Source: an uncultured Staphylococcaceae bacterium
GTDB lineage: Bacteria > Bacillota_I > Bacilli_A > RFN20 > CAG-826
Assembly (NCBI GenBank): GCA_964606005.1
Contig: CAZSEU010000004.1
Location: 1-51,377, forward strand
Reading direction: 5' to 3'
DNA: 51,377 bases
Shown: piece after piece, positions 1 to 9,013 of the stretch
Position numbering within the stretch: position 1 is the first letter of the stretch
Layout of the letters: each line of letters starts with the position of its first letter
Program-made: the position numbers and the translations under genes
Notes under the pieces: model-generated
Told to the model about the DNA's origin: nothing
The model's database searches: none
The model's input: only the letters and a program-made list of their open reading frames with translations

Positions 1-97
1 TTTTTTATTAATAATTTAATAATTGGTGTGTTAAAATGACTTTGATTTGGGCTTTTTATAGAAAATAAGCTCGTGTCGATTATGGAGGTAAGAAATT

Positions 98-1780
98 ATG
101 TCAACAAAAGCGTTTTATCCGATTAACGAAATTGGAAAAGGGAAACCCGGTTTTTCCAAAACAAGAAGCATCATCGAAGCTGCTTTTTATGGAAATAACG
201 TCGTTAAAATTAACTCACTCAAAGAAGCTTATCTATTAGCAAAAAATTCTCCAGGCACAGTCGTCACTGATATGCCAGTATTCGGAGCAGAAAAACTCGG
301 TCTCGATAGAGACACTAAAGTTTTGCTCTTTAATGATGGTGCTATTACTGGTCGTTATGCCGCGGCGAGAAGAATTCAAGGCCAACCTGGTGTTAATGCC
401 GATGAATTAGACAAGTTATTAATGGAAGCGATTTACTTTACTCGCTTCAAAAAGTTATATCACGCTGAAGCATACATCGGTTTAGATCCAGAATTTATGA
501 TCAAAGCCCACTTGTTAATACCAGAAGGCTTCGAAATGGTTGCCTATAACTGGTTGCTAAACTTCCAATATATTAATGATGAATATTTAAAGATGTACCA
601 AAAGAGTAAGCCAATCGGTAACGAACCAGATATCTATATCCTCTCCGACCCATCTTGGACTGGTACTGATAGAACCGATATTTGTGAAGGCAAAACTTTG
701 GCGTACTTCTCTACTGAAACAAACTGCGCTGCTATCTTGGGTATGAGATATTTCGGCGAACACAAGAAGGGTACTTTAACCATTGCTTGGGCAATTGCCA
801 ATAGAAATGGTTATGCTTCTTGCCATGGTGGCCAAAAAGAATTCATCCTTAAAGATGATAAGAAATTCGTCGCCTCTGTTTATGGTTTATCAGGCAGTGG
901 CAAATCAACCATTACCCACGCTAAGCATGATGGCAAATATCCTGGCATCAAGGTTTTACACGACGACGCATTCATTATCAACGATGAAACATGTTCGTCA
1001 ATTGCTTTAGAGCCAACTTATTTTGATAAAACTCAAGACTATCCAACCGATAGCCCAGATAATAAATTTTTAGTGACTGTTCAAAACTGCTCTGCAACTA
1101 GAGATAGCGAAGGCAGAGTTGTATTAGTTACAGACGACATCAGAAACGGCAATGGTCGTGCGATTAAATCCAAACTTTGGAGCCCAAACCGCGTCGATAA
1201 AATCGAAGCACCAGTTAACGCCATTTTCTGGATAATGAAAGATCCAACCATTCCTCCAATCGTCAAATTAAAAGGTGCGTCTTTAGCCGCCGTCATGGGT
1301 GCAACTTTAGCCACCAAACGTAGTTCTGCTGAAAGATTAGCACCTGGCGTCGACCCTAACGCTTTAGTCGTCGAACCATATGCTAACCCATTTAGAACTT
1401 ATCCTTTAACCAATGACTACTTAAAGTTCAAAAAGTTAGTGGCTGAAAAGAATGTCGATTGCTACATCATCAATACTGGTGATTTCATGGGTAAAAAGAT
1501 TAAAAAAGAAGACACTCTCGGCGTTATTGAAGCCGTTGTTGATGGCACTGCAAAATTCGAAAAATGGGGTCCTTTCTCTGATATCGAAATCTTACCTTGG
1601 GATGGTTTTGTACCAAACTTACAGGACAAAGAATACGTCGGCCAACTTAAAGCACGTATGCTTGATAGAGCCAACTTTGTCAAATCTAGAGAAACGGAGA
1701 GAGGCGGTTACGACAAGTTACCAGCTGATGCACTTGAAGCTATTGAAAAAGTCGTTAAAGAAGCCCACATCTTAGAATAA
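98..1780 (+). CDS. pckA: Phosphoenolpyruvate carboxykinase (ATP-dependent)
   Basis: 560-aa ORF with GGAGG SD at 84-88. It has the kinase-1a P-loop GLSGSGKST and ATP-PEPCK-like sequence throughout. Its stop lies 1 nt before the next ATG. Confidence 0.9.
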   Translation: MSTKAFYPINEIGKGKPGFSKTRSIIEAAFYGNNVVKINSLKEAYLLAKNSPGTVVTDMPVFGAEKLGLDRDTKVLLFNDGAITGRYAAARRIQGQPGVNADELDKLLMEAIYFTRFKKLYHAEAYIGLDPEFMIKAHLLIPEGFEMVAYNWLLNFQYINDEYLKMYQKSKPIGNEPDIYILSDPSWTGTDRTDICEGKTLAYFSTETNCAAILGMRYFGEHKKGTLTIAWAIANRNGYASCHGGQKEFILKDDKKFVASVYGLSGSGKSTITHAKHDGKYPGIKVLHDDAFIINDETCSSIALEPTYFDKTQDYPTDSPDNKFLVTVQNCSATRDSEGRVVLVTDDIRNGNGRAIKSKLWSPNRVDKIEAPVNAIFWIMKDPTIPPIVKLKGASLAAVMGATLATKRSSAERLAPGVDPNALVVEPYANPFRTYPLTNDYLKFKKLVAEKNVDCYIINTGDFMGKKIKKEDTLGVIEAVVDGTAKFEKWGPFSDIEILPWDGFVPNLQDKEYVGQLKARMLDRANFVKSRETERGGYDKLPADALEAIEKVVKEAHILE

Positions 1781-1781
1781 T

Positions 1782-3152
1782 ATGGGAGTCAAAGTAGTAG
1801 AAACGGGCCTAAGAGATGGCCATCAATCCTTATTCGCGACCAGAATGAACACCGAAGAAGTGCTCAGCGCGTTAAAGGAATTAGACCAAGTTGGGTATCA
1901 CGCTCTTGAAATATGGGGCGGTGCAACTTTTGACGCATGCTTACGTTTCTTAAACGAAGACCCTTGGGACAGATTACGTCAAGCAAGAAAAGTTTGTAAG
2001 AAAACAAAATTACAAATGTTATTACGTGGACAAAATCTTCTCGGCTATCGTCACTATGCTGATGATGTGGTTGAAAAGTTCGTCCAAAAATCTATTAAAA
2101 ACGGTATTGATATTGTCCGTTTATTTGATGCGCTTAACGATTTACGCAACTTAGAAGCTGCCGTTAAAGCAGTTAAAAAATATCGCGGTGAATGCCAAAT
2201 CGCATTGAGTTATACAACTTCTCCAGTCCACACAATCGAATACTATGTTGATTTAGCAAAACAAATCGAAAAAATGGGCGCGGACAGTATTTGTATCAAA
2301 GATATGGCCGGCGTTTTACTTCCAATGGCTGCTTTTGAATTAGTTAGCGCTTTGAAGAAAAACACGAAATTACCGATTGAAGTCCATAGTCATTGTACCG
2401 GTGGTCTTTGTGAAATGACTTATTTAAAAGCCATTGAAGCAGGCGCCGATATCGTCGACTGTGCGATTTCTCCTTTAAGTGGTGGCACTTCACAATCATG
2501 TACTGAATCATTGAACTTTGCCCTTCAAGGCACGCAATATGATCCAAAATTAAACGTGGAAATGTTAGATGCTGCTGCTGAAAAATTAGAAAAAGTTAAA
2601 GCAAAATATGTCGCCAATGGTTTATTGAGTCCTAAAGTCATGGGTGTCAATCCAAACATTGTGAAATATCAAGTACCTGGAGGGATGCTATCTAACTTAA
2701 TCAGTCAATTAAAACAACAAGATGCGTCTGATCGCTTGAACGAAGTTTTATCGGAAGTACCAAATGTCCGTAAGGATTTAGGTTATCCTCCACTCGTTAC
2801 CCCGATGTCACAAATCGTCGGCACACAAGCGGTTTTGAATGTCCTCTCAGGTGAGAGATATAAAATTGTTCCTAAAGAAATCAACGAGTATCTCCATGGA
2901 AAATATGGCGCTTCACCAGCGCCAGTTAATGAAGAAGTGCGCGCAAAAATTATTGGCAACGATCCAGTTATTACCCATCGTCCAGCCGATGATTTAAAAC
3001 CTGAATTTGATGGCTTGAAAAAACAATATCAAGATATCGCTAAGAGCGATGAAGATGTTTTATCAATCGCTTTATTTGGCGATGTTGCGATTAAGTTTAT
3101 TAAGCAAAGAAACGAGGACGCGATTCCGGAAGTTGTTAAGGTCGAGGCGTAA
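1782..3152 (+). CDS. oadA: Oxaloacetate decarboxylase alpha-type carboxyltransferase subunit (HMGL-like / PYC_OADA type), without a fused biotinyl domain
   Basis: 456 aa. The N-terminal ETGLRDGHQS motif is typical of pyruvate/oxaloacetate carboxyltransferases (5S/OadA/PycB). The protein ends before any AMKM/AMKL biotinylation motif. Confidence 0.8.
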   Translation: MGVKVVETGLRDGHQSLFATRMNTEEVLSALKELDQVGYHALEIWGGATFDACLRFLNEDPWDRLRQARKVCKKTKLQMLLRGQNLLGYRHYADDVVEKFVQKSIKNGIDIVRLFDALNDLRNLEAAVKAVKKYRGECQIALSYTTSPVHTIEYYVDLAKQIEKMGADSICIKDMAGVLLPMAAFELVSALKKNTKLPIEVHSHCTGGLCEMTYLKAIEAGADIVDCAISPLSGGTSQSCTESLNFALQGTQYDPKLNVEMLDAAAEKLEKVKAKYVANGLLSPKVMGVNPNIVKYQVPGGMLSNLISQLKQQDASDRLNEVLSEVPNVRKDLGYPPLVTPMSQIVGTQAVLNVLSGERYKIVPKEINEYLHGKYGASPAPVNEEVRAKIIGNDPVITHRPADDLKPEFDGLKKQYQDIAKSDEDVLSIALFGDVAIKFIKQRNEDAIPEVVKVEA

Positions 3153-3154
3153 TT

Positions 3155-3454
3155 ATGGTTTTAGCAATCTGGAAAAACTGGGAAGCAATGACAGTTGGCG
3201 AGGCTCTATTAGTAGCGCTCATCGCCATGATCATTGTTTTCTCCTCCTTGTTAATTATCATTTTTATCACTTGGGTAATGCAAAAGGGCATGGAAAAAAT
3301 TGATGCTTCAACCAACATTTTACCTCGTGAAGAAAACAAGATTTTAAGTGAAGATGAAAAAGCAGTGGTGGCATCAATTGTGGCTACACTCGAATTACAT
3401 CGCGAAACCGGAAAAGACGTACGCATTGTCTCAATTAAGAGAATAGAGGACTAA
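3155..3454 (+). CDS. OadG-like small membrane (gamma) subunit of Na+-translocating decarboxylase
   Basis: 99 aa with a single N-terminal TM helix (ALLVALIAMIIVFSSLLIIIFITWV). The acidic tail with EDEKAVVASIVATL resembles OadG/MmdD-type subunits. It sits between the alpha and biotin-carrier genes. Confidence 0.55.
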   Translation: MVLAIWKNWEAMTVGEALLVALIAMIIVFSSLLIIIFITWVMQKGMEKIDASTNILPREENKILSEDEKAVVASIVATLELHRETGKDVRIVSIKRIED

Positions 3455-3457
3455 AAT

Positions 3458-3802
3458 ATGAAAATTTATAAAATTAAAGTTAATGGCAAATCCTACCGCG
3501 TGGAGCTTGAAACAATCGAACAAATTTCCACTGCACCAGTAGAAGAAAAGAAAAAAGAAGAATCTAAAAAAATCGTGAGCAACGAGGGTGGCAAACAAGT
3601 CGTTTCTCCAATTCAAGGTCAAGTCGTAAACATTAAAGTCAAAGTTGGTAATAAGGTGAAAAAAGGCGATGTACTTCTCATCGTTGAAGCAATGAAACTC
3701 GAAAACGAAATCGTCTCCACTTTTGACGGAGAGGTTACACAAATTTTGGTTACAAAAGGCCAAAATGTTAAAGCTAACGAACCTGTCGTCGTTATTGATT
3801 AA
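3458..3802 (+). CDS. Free-standing biotin carboxyl carrier protein (biotinyl/lipoyl domain)
   Basis: 114 aa. The C-terminal biotinyl domain has the motif VEAMKLENEI (AMK biotin-lysine). A K/E-rich linker (EEKKKEESKK) lies upstream. SD AGAGGA precedes the ATG. Confidence 0.8.
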   Translation: MKIYKIKVNGKSYRVELETIEQISTAPVEEKKKEESKKIVSNEGGKQVVSPIQGQVVNIKVKVGNKVKKGDVLLIVEAMKLENEIVSTFDGEVTQILVTKGQNVKANEPVVVID

Positions 3803-3813
3803 CGGACGTATTT

Positions 3814-5241
3814 ATGGGTAAATTTTGGGAAATAATTGTCGCTTTTATGCAGGATTCGGGCATCGCCGGTTTTTTTGCCGACGGTGGTTGGCGCAACCTC
3901 ATCATGATTTTGATTGCCCTCGTCCTCTTATTCCTCGCGATTAAAAAAGACTTTGAACCTTATCTACTTTTGCCAATCGCTTTCGGGATGTTGCTCGTCA
4001 ACCTCCCATTCGTAGCTAGTGAAGTGTTCATCAAAGGCTCAACCGCTTATAATTCCATTACTTTAGCGGCTAATGCCGGAATTACTTCTTCGCAAAGCGA
4101 TTTCATTTTTGAACAATTCGCGGTATTTGCTGGTCAACTCGGATTCACTATCACCGATGGTCAAGCAACCACCGCACAACTACACCAACTCGTCATGTTG
4201 CCTGATTTCCAAACCGCCATGCAAAATCAGCTTGGCCTTAATGCGGATATGACCAAGGCTATCGTGAGCGAAGTTGAACATTTATACAATTACGATTATT
4301 CAGGCATTTTTGGTTACTTATATTACGGAGTTAAATGGGGTATTTATCCTTGTTTAATTTTCTTATGTATCGGTGCGACTACTGACTTTGGACCATTAAT
4401 CGCTAATAAGAAAACAATGTTGCTCGGCGCTGCTGCCCAACTCGGTATTTTTATTACTTTTGTTGGTGCAATCGCTATAGGAACTAACGGTTTGGGTTGG
4501 ACACAATTCGACGCTAGAATCGCTTCTTCTATTGGCATCATCGGTGGCGCTGACGGGCCAACTGCTATCTTGGTTACTTCTAAGCTAGCTCCTGAATACT
4601 TATCATCTATCGCCGTTGTTGCTTACTCATATATGGCGTTAGTACCAGTTATTCAGCCACCAATCATTAGAGCGTTAACCACAAAAAAAGAACGTCTTAT
4701 TAAGATGGAAACTCTTCGTGAAGTTTCTAAAACTGAAAAGATTATGTTCCCAATTGCGGTGACCATTATTACTGTTTTAATCGTTCCTAGTGCAGGCGCC
4801 TTAATCGGTTGCTTAATGCTTGGTAACTTAGTTAAAGAAAGTGGCGTCGTACCAAAAATTACCGAAACACTTTCCAATTCGTTGCTCTATATTGTCACTA
4901 TTTTATTAGGCGTTTGTGTTGGTTGTACCGCTGATGCGGCCACCTTCTTGACACTCGATACTATTATTATCTTTGTTCTTGGCATTCTTGCCTTCTCAGT
5001 AGCGACTGCGGGAGGTGTCTTGAGTGGCAAACTCATGTGCTATTTAACAAAGGGCAAAGTCAATCCAATGATTGGTGCGGCTGGCGTTTCCGCTGTTCCA
5101 ATGGCAGCACGTGTTGTCCACAAAGAAGGCGTCAGAGAAGATCCAACAAACTTCTTGCTCATGCACGCAATGGGTCCTAACGTTGCTGGTGTTATCGGCT
5201 CCGCCATAGCTGCCGGCGTGTTATTGCTCTTATTCCTTTAA
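3814..5241 (+). CDS. oadB: Na+-translocating decarboxylase beta subunit (OadB/GcdB/MmdB family)
   Basis: 475-aa polytopic membrane protein with family-typical blocks DFGPLIANKKTMLLGAAAQLGIF, IGIIGGADGPTAI, AYSYMALVPVIQPPI and MHAMGPNVAGVIGSA. Confidence 0.85.
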   Translation: MGKFWEIIVAFMQDSGIAGFFADGGWRNLIMILIALVLLFLAIKKDFEPYLLLPIAFGMLLVNLPFVASEVFIKGSTAYNSITLAANAGITSSQSDFIFEQFAVFAGQLGFTITDGQATTAQLHQLVMLPDFQTAMQNQLGLNADMTKAIVSEVEHLYNYDYSGIFGYLYYGVKWGIYPCLIFLCIGATTDFGPLIANKKTMLLGAAAQLGIFITFVGAIAIGTNGLGWTQFDARIASSIGIIGGADGPTAILVTSKLAPEYLSSIAVVAYSYMALVPVIQPPIIRALTTKKERLIKMETLREVSKTEKIMFPIAVTIITVLIVPSAGALIGCLMLGNLVKESGVVPKITETLSNSLLYIVTILLGVCVGCTADAATFLTLDTIIIFVLGILAFSVATAGGVLSGKLMCYLTKGKVNPMIGAAGVSAVPMAARVVHKEGVREDPTNFLLMHAMGPNVAGVIGSAIAAGVLLLLFL

Positions 5242-5258
5242 TATTTATTAACAATAAT

Positions 5259-5293
5259 AAAAGACGGGTTTGCTTATATGCGCCCGTCTTTTT
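5259..5293 (+). terminator. Rho-independent terminator ending the pckA-oad operon
   Basis: A 10-bp stem (AAAAGACGGG 5259-5268 / CCCGTCTTTT 5283-5292), whose four outer A-T pairs use the first Ts of the downstream T-run, with a 14-nt loop. Confidence 0.7.
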
Positions 5294-5298
5294 ATAAT
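5270..5298 (+). promoter_or_regulatory. Putative sigma-70 promoter of birA embedded in the terminator
   Basis: TTGCTT (5270-5275), a 17-nt spacer, then TATAAT (5293-5298). The birA ATG at 5304 is 5 nt after the -10 box and no SD is present. Confidence 0.35.
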
Positions 5299-5303
5299 GT
5301 GGT

Positions 5304-6020
5304 ATGTACTATAGTTGCTTACATTTTCCCGAGATTGATTCGACCAACAATTATTTGAAAAATAGTTATACCTTATTAGATAATTTCACCTTTGTTTCTA
5401 CTGATTACCAAAGCAAAGGCAAAGGTAGAGAAGCACGTTCTTGGATTAGTAATATGGGAGAAAATCTCATGTTTTCGCTTTTAATTAAAGAAGAGAAATT
5501 ATTAGCAAAAGCCCCCTTCTTTTCTTTTTATATGGCAGTAGAAATAGCCAACTTTTTAATAAAAAGTGATATTAATAATGTCAGTATAAAATGGCCGAAT
5601 GACATTTATGTAAACAATAAAAAAATATGCGGCATTCTTTTAGAAAGTCAATTACCTAATTATTTAGTTGTGGGTGTAGGAATAAATGTTAATCAAAAAG
5701 AGTTTCCTACGGATTTAAGAAAGCCCGCTACTTCAATGTCGTTAGAAAAAAGGAAAACGTTCGACTTAGATATATTAAAAAATCAACTCTATGAACAAAT
5801 AATAAAAAACTTCCTAGATATAAATCACGATCGTTATCTTGAGTTTGTAAAGCAACATAACTACTTATTAAATAAAAAAGTAAAAACAAATTTTGCCGGC
5901 CAAGACTATATTGGCGAAGTGGTAGGAATAGATGAAAACTTCTCTCTTCAAGTGAGAATTGAAAATCTCTTATTGCATATAGAAAGTGGGGAAATAACCA
6001 TTTATGAAAATACTAAATAA
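5304..6020 (+). CDS. birA: Biotin-[acetyl-CoA-carboxylase] ligase (group I, no HTH domain)
   Basis: 238 aa with the N-terminal EIDSTNNYLK and the biotin/ATP-binding loop KGKGREARSW (GRGRxGRxW-type). Confidence 0.8.
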   Translation: MYYSCLHFPEIDSTNNYLKNSYTLLDNFTFVSTDYQSKGKGREARSWISNMGENLMFSLLIKEEKLLAKAPFFSFYMAVEIANFLIKSDINNVSIKWPNDIYVNNKKICGILLESQLPNYLVVGVGINVNQKEFPTDLRKPATSMSLEKRKTFDLDILKNQLYEQIIKNFLDINHDRYLEFVKQHNYLLNKKVKTNFAGQDYIGEVVGIDENFSLQVRIENLLLHIESGEITIYENTK

Positions 6021-6669
6021 AGACATTCGCGCGGTCATTTTTGATATGGATGGCACCCTGATAGATTCAACCGGTATTTGGCACGCAATTGATGAAGCGT
6101 TTTTTGCAAGAAGAAACATGACCATTCCGGACGACTACGCACAAAAAATTGTTCACTTAGGTTTAAAACAAGCCGCAATTTATACCAAAGAAACGTACGG
6201 CATTAAAGATGAACCAGACCAAATCATGGCGGAATGGCACGATATGTCGCGACAAATGTATCACCATCAAGTCCCTTTAAAAGACGATGCTTTAACTTTG
6301 TTGAATTTATTAAAAAGTCGCGGTGTAAAAATGGGTATTGCGACGGCTAATGATGAGCATCTTTATCTTCCTTGTTTGAAAAGATTAGGTATTGAAGACT
6401 ACTTTGACTTTGTCGCTGATGTAAATTTAGTTAAAGAAGGCAAGCAAAGTGGAAAGATATACCTATTTCTCGCGGATAAACTCGGTTTTAAGCCCGAAAA
6501 CATTATGGTGCTTGAAGATATGCCTACTTGCATCAAAACAGCCCATGAACACGGTTTTTTAACAATTGCCGTTGCTGATAATGCTTCCAAAGCTTTTGAT
6601 GACGAAAAAAGATCCAATTCGGATCTTTATATCGATGGCTTCGAACAGTTATTAGCAATTTTAAAGTAA
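6004..6669 (+). CDS. HAD-superfamily hydrolase (beta-phosphoglucomutase/phosphatase-like, subfamily IA)
   Basis: 221 aa. Motif I is FDMDGTLIDS and motif IV is LEDMPTCI. It overlaps the birA 3' end by 17 nt. Confidence 0.75.
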   Translation: MKILNKDIRAVIFDMDGTLIDSTGIWHAIDEAFFARRNMTIPDDYAQKIVHLGLKQAAIYTKETYGIKDEPDQIMAEWHDMSRQMYHHQVPLKDDALTLLNLLKSRGVKMGIATANDEHLYLPCLKRLGIEDYFDFVADVNLVKEGKQSGKIYLFLADKLGFKPENIMVLEDMPTCIKTAHEHGFLTIAVADNASKAFDDEKRSNSDLYIDGFEQLLAILK

Positions 6670-7659
6670 GAATACGTTCGCCTCTTTGAAGGCTTCAATA
6701 TCTTCTTTAGACCAATATGAAGCTTGAACCTCACCGATGTGAATCTTTTTGAGTAAGTACATACATAAGCGAGATTGACCAATTCCCCCACCGATTGAAA
6801 GAGGCAATTCATCATTTAAAATAGCTTGGTGATATGGAAGTTCTAATTTATACTCTTCGCCCCGAGCCTTAAGTTGATTGATTAAGGATTGTTTGTTAAC
6901 TCTAATGCCCATTGAAGAAAGTTCAAAAGCAATTTGAAGTGGTGCGTACCACAAAATAATATCACCGTTTAACTCCCAATCATCGTAGTCAGCCGCGCGT
7001 CCATCGTGCGCTAAACCATCACCGAGAGGACCGCCGATTTTCATTAAGAAAACAGCGCCACATTTTTTTGCGATAAGATTTTCTCTTTCTTTGCGATCAA
7101 CGTCAGGATATAAAGCTTCTAATTCATTCGTGGTAATAAACGTAATTTTTTTTGGAAAACCATTTTTCAATATTGGATATTCCTTAATCAGTAATTCATA
7201 TGTTTGTATAAAAACTCGATAAATAGCTTCAACGATGCTTTTTAAAGTGGCAACAGTTCTTTCTTGAGGTTTTAAACTTTTTTCCCAGTCCCATTGATCA
7301 ACATACAAAGAATGTAAATTATCTAATTCTTCAAAACGTCTGACCGCGTTCATATCGGTATATAAACCAGTAATTTGGTATTTTGCTAATGCATAGCGTT
7401 TCCATTTTGCTAAAGATTGAACAATTTCCAATTCTTTTTGGTTCTCATTCACAACAAAAGAGACGGCTTTTTCATAGCCATTTAAATTATCGTTTAATCC
7501 GGTGCTTGGTTCGACAAAAAGTGGAGCGGATACGCGAGTTAAATTAAGCTCTTTTGCTAATAAGTCTTCAAATGTGTCTTTAATTAACTTAATTGCTTTT
7601 TGCGTATCTAAAACGTTGAGTAAGCTCTCATATTGGGTGGGAATAATATTGTTTTTCAT
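6661..7659 (-). CDS. asnA: Aspartate-ammonia ligase (asparagine synthetase A)
   Basis: 332 aa with close AsnA-type blocks SLAKWKR, VDQWDWE, LNGDIILW, FELSSMGIRV and GGGIGQSRL. Confidence 0.9.
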   Translation of the reverse strand: MKNNIIPTQYESLLNVLDTQKAIKLIKDTFEDLLAKELNLTRVSAPLFVEPSTGLNDNLNGYEKAVSFVVNENQKELEIVQSLAKWKRYALAKYQITGLYTDMNAVRRFEELDNLHSLYVDQWDWEKSLKPQERTVATLKSIVEAIYRVFIQTYELLIKEYPILKNGFPKKITFITTNELEALYPDVDRKERENLIAKKCGAVFLMKIGGPLGDGLAHDGRAADYDDWELNGDIILWYAPLQIAFELSSMGIRVNKQSLINQLKARGEEYKLELPYHQAILNDELPLSIGGGIGQSRLCMYLLKKIHIGEVQASYWSKEDIEAFKEANVFLL

Positions 7660-8171
7660 TAGTCAATTTCCTTTTTATTTAAGTTTTTATAAATTGTGAA
7701 TTTAATTTCTAAATCTCCGTCCATTGTTGGTGCGCTTTCTTGTATTAATTTGAAGTCAGGTTGTTCGTCTAAATTAACAAAGAAAACTTCAGCTTTGCCA
7801 TCAGCTTTAACCTTAGTTAAATGTACTTCATCGACATATGGTAAGGTTTGGCGATAAATCGAAGCGCCCCCGATGATAAATACCTTATCGTCTTTTTCAT
7901 ATTGTTTTATTTTCTTTAAAAAGTCATCGAAAGTGTGAACGTTGATAACACCTTCATAATTATGAGTGGGGTCTTGCGATAAAACGATGTGAGTGCGATT
8001 TTTTAATGGTTTTGCATTAGGAAAAGACAGCAAAGTGTTCTCACCCATACAAACAACATGACCAAGCGTGGTTTCGCGGAAATATTTCATGTCTAAAGGT
8101 AAATTGAAAAGCAAACCGTTTCTTTTACCAACTCCATATTTAATATCACAATTTAAAATCGAAATAATCAT
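7659..8171 (-). CDS. folA: Dihydrofolate reductase
   Basis: 170 aa with DHFR blocks (VGKRNGLLFNLPLDMKYFRETT, IIGGASIY). It lies directly downstream of thyA, and its stop overlaps the asnA start by 1 nt. Confidence 0.85.
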   Translation of the reverse strand: MIISILNCDIKYGVGKRNGLLFNLPLDMKYFRETTLGHVVCMGENTLLSFPNAKPLKNRTHIVLSQDPTHNYEGVINVHTFDDFLKKIKQYEKDDKVFIIGGASIYRQTLPYVDEVHLTKVKADGKAEVFFVNLDEQPDFKLIQESAPTMDGDLEIKFTIYKNLNKKEID

Positions 8172-8173
8172 AA

Positions 8174-9013
8174 TTAAACCGCCACGGGGATTTTCTTGTT
8201 TAATGGTTCGTATTCGTAGTCGACCAATTCAAAGTCTTCAACCCTGAAATCATAAAAGTTTTTTACATTAAGATTTACTTTAAGCTTAGGTGCTGGGTGT
8301 TGTGGTTTATCAATCACTTCTTTAACGATATCTACGTGTCTGTCGTAGATATGAGCATCAGCGATAACGTGGACTAGTTCCCCTGCTTTTAATCCAGAAA
8401 CTTGTGCAAACATAATGAGTAACAAAGAATATTGAAGCACATTCCAATTGTTAGCAGTGAGCATGTCGTTGCTTCTTTGGTTTAAAATGCCATTTAGGGT
8501 ATCGCCAGTCACATTAAAAGTCATTGAATAGGCACACGGATATAAACGCATTTCATTTAAATCATCAAAGTTATAAATATTAGTCATAATCCGACGAGAT
8601 TGAGGATTATTTTTTAAGTCAAATAAAACGCGATCGACTTGGTCAAATTCCCCTTCTGGATATTTGGATTTTTTGCCTAATTGATAGCCATAAGCTTTTC
8701 CAATGGTGCCGTTCTCATCCGCCCATGCATCCCAGATATGGGAGTTTAAATCTTGTACGCGATTGGATTTCTTTTGCCAAATCCAAAGTAATTCATCTAA
8801 GCAACTCTTAAAAGCTGTTTTTCTAATCGTAAGAATTGGCAATTCTTCTTGTAAATTATAACGATTGACGATGCAGAATTTTTTAACAGTGTGTGCTGGA
8901 GTTCCATCTTCCCAGCGTGGTCTAACTGGTAAGTTAGTATCCCAAAAACCATTCTCTAAGATTTCTTTCATATTTGCGACAAAGATTTGATCTGCTTTTG
9001 ACATAAACTCCAC
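8174..9013 (-). CDS. thyA: Thymidylate synthase (ThyA type)
   Basis: 279 aa with ThyA blocks including the catalytic-Cys context LYPCAYSMTFNV and DAHIYDRH. The SD GAGGTGGAG favours the ORF-track ATG at 9013. Confidence 0.92.
   Translation of the reverse strand: MEFMSKADQIFVANMKEILENGFWDTNLPVRPRWEDGTPAHTVKKFCIVNRYNLQEELPILTIRKTAFKSCLDELLWIWQKKSNRVQDLNSHIWDAWADENGTIGKAYGYQLGKKSKYPEGEFDQVDRVLFDLKNNPQSRRIMTNIYNFDDLNEMRLYPCAYSMTFNVTGDTLNGILNQRSNDMLTANNWNVLQYSLLLIMFAQVSGLKAGELVHVIADAHIYDRHVDIVKEVIDKPQHPAPKLKVNLNVKNFYDFRVEDFELVDYEYEPLNKKIPVAV

Noticed and set aside
3431-3763. 110-aa minus-strand ORF antisense to the BCCP gene. Similar antisense ORFs occur at 21813-22157, 22164-22382, 43717-44055, 47109-47486, 37736-38065, 46589-46831, 34553-34873 and 13232-13528.
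   Set aside because: All are embedded antisense or out of frame within strongly supported genes. They have skewed compositions (Phe/Ser/Leu-rich) and lack SD sequences. They are treated as non-coding shadows.
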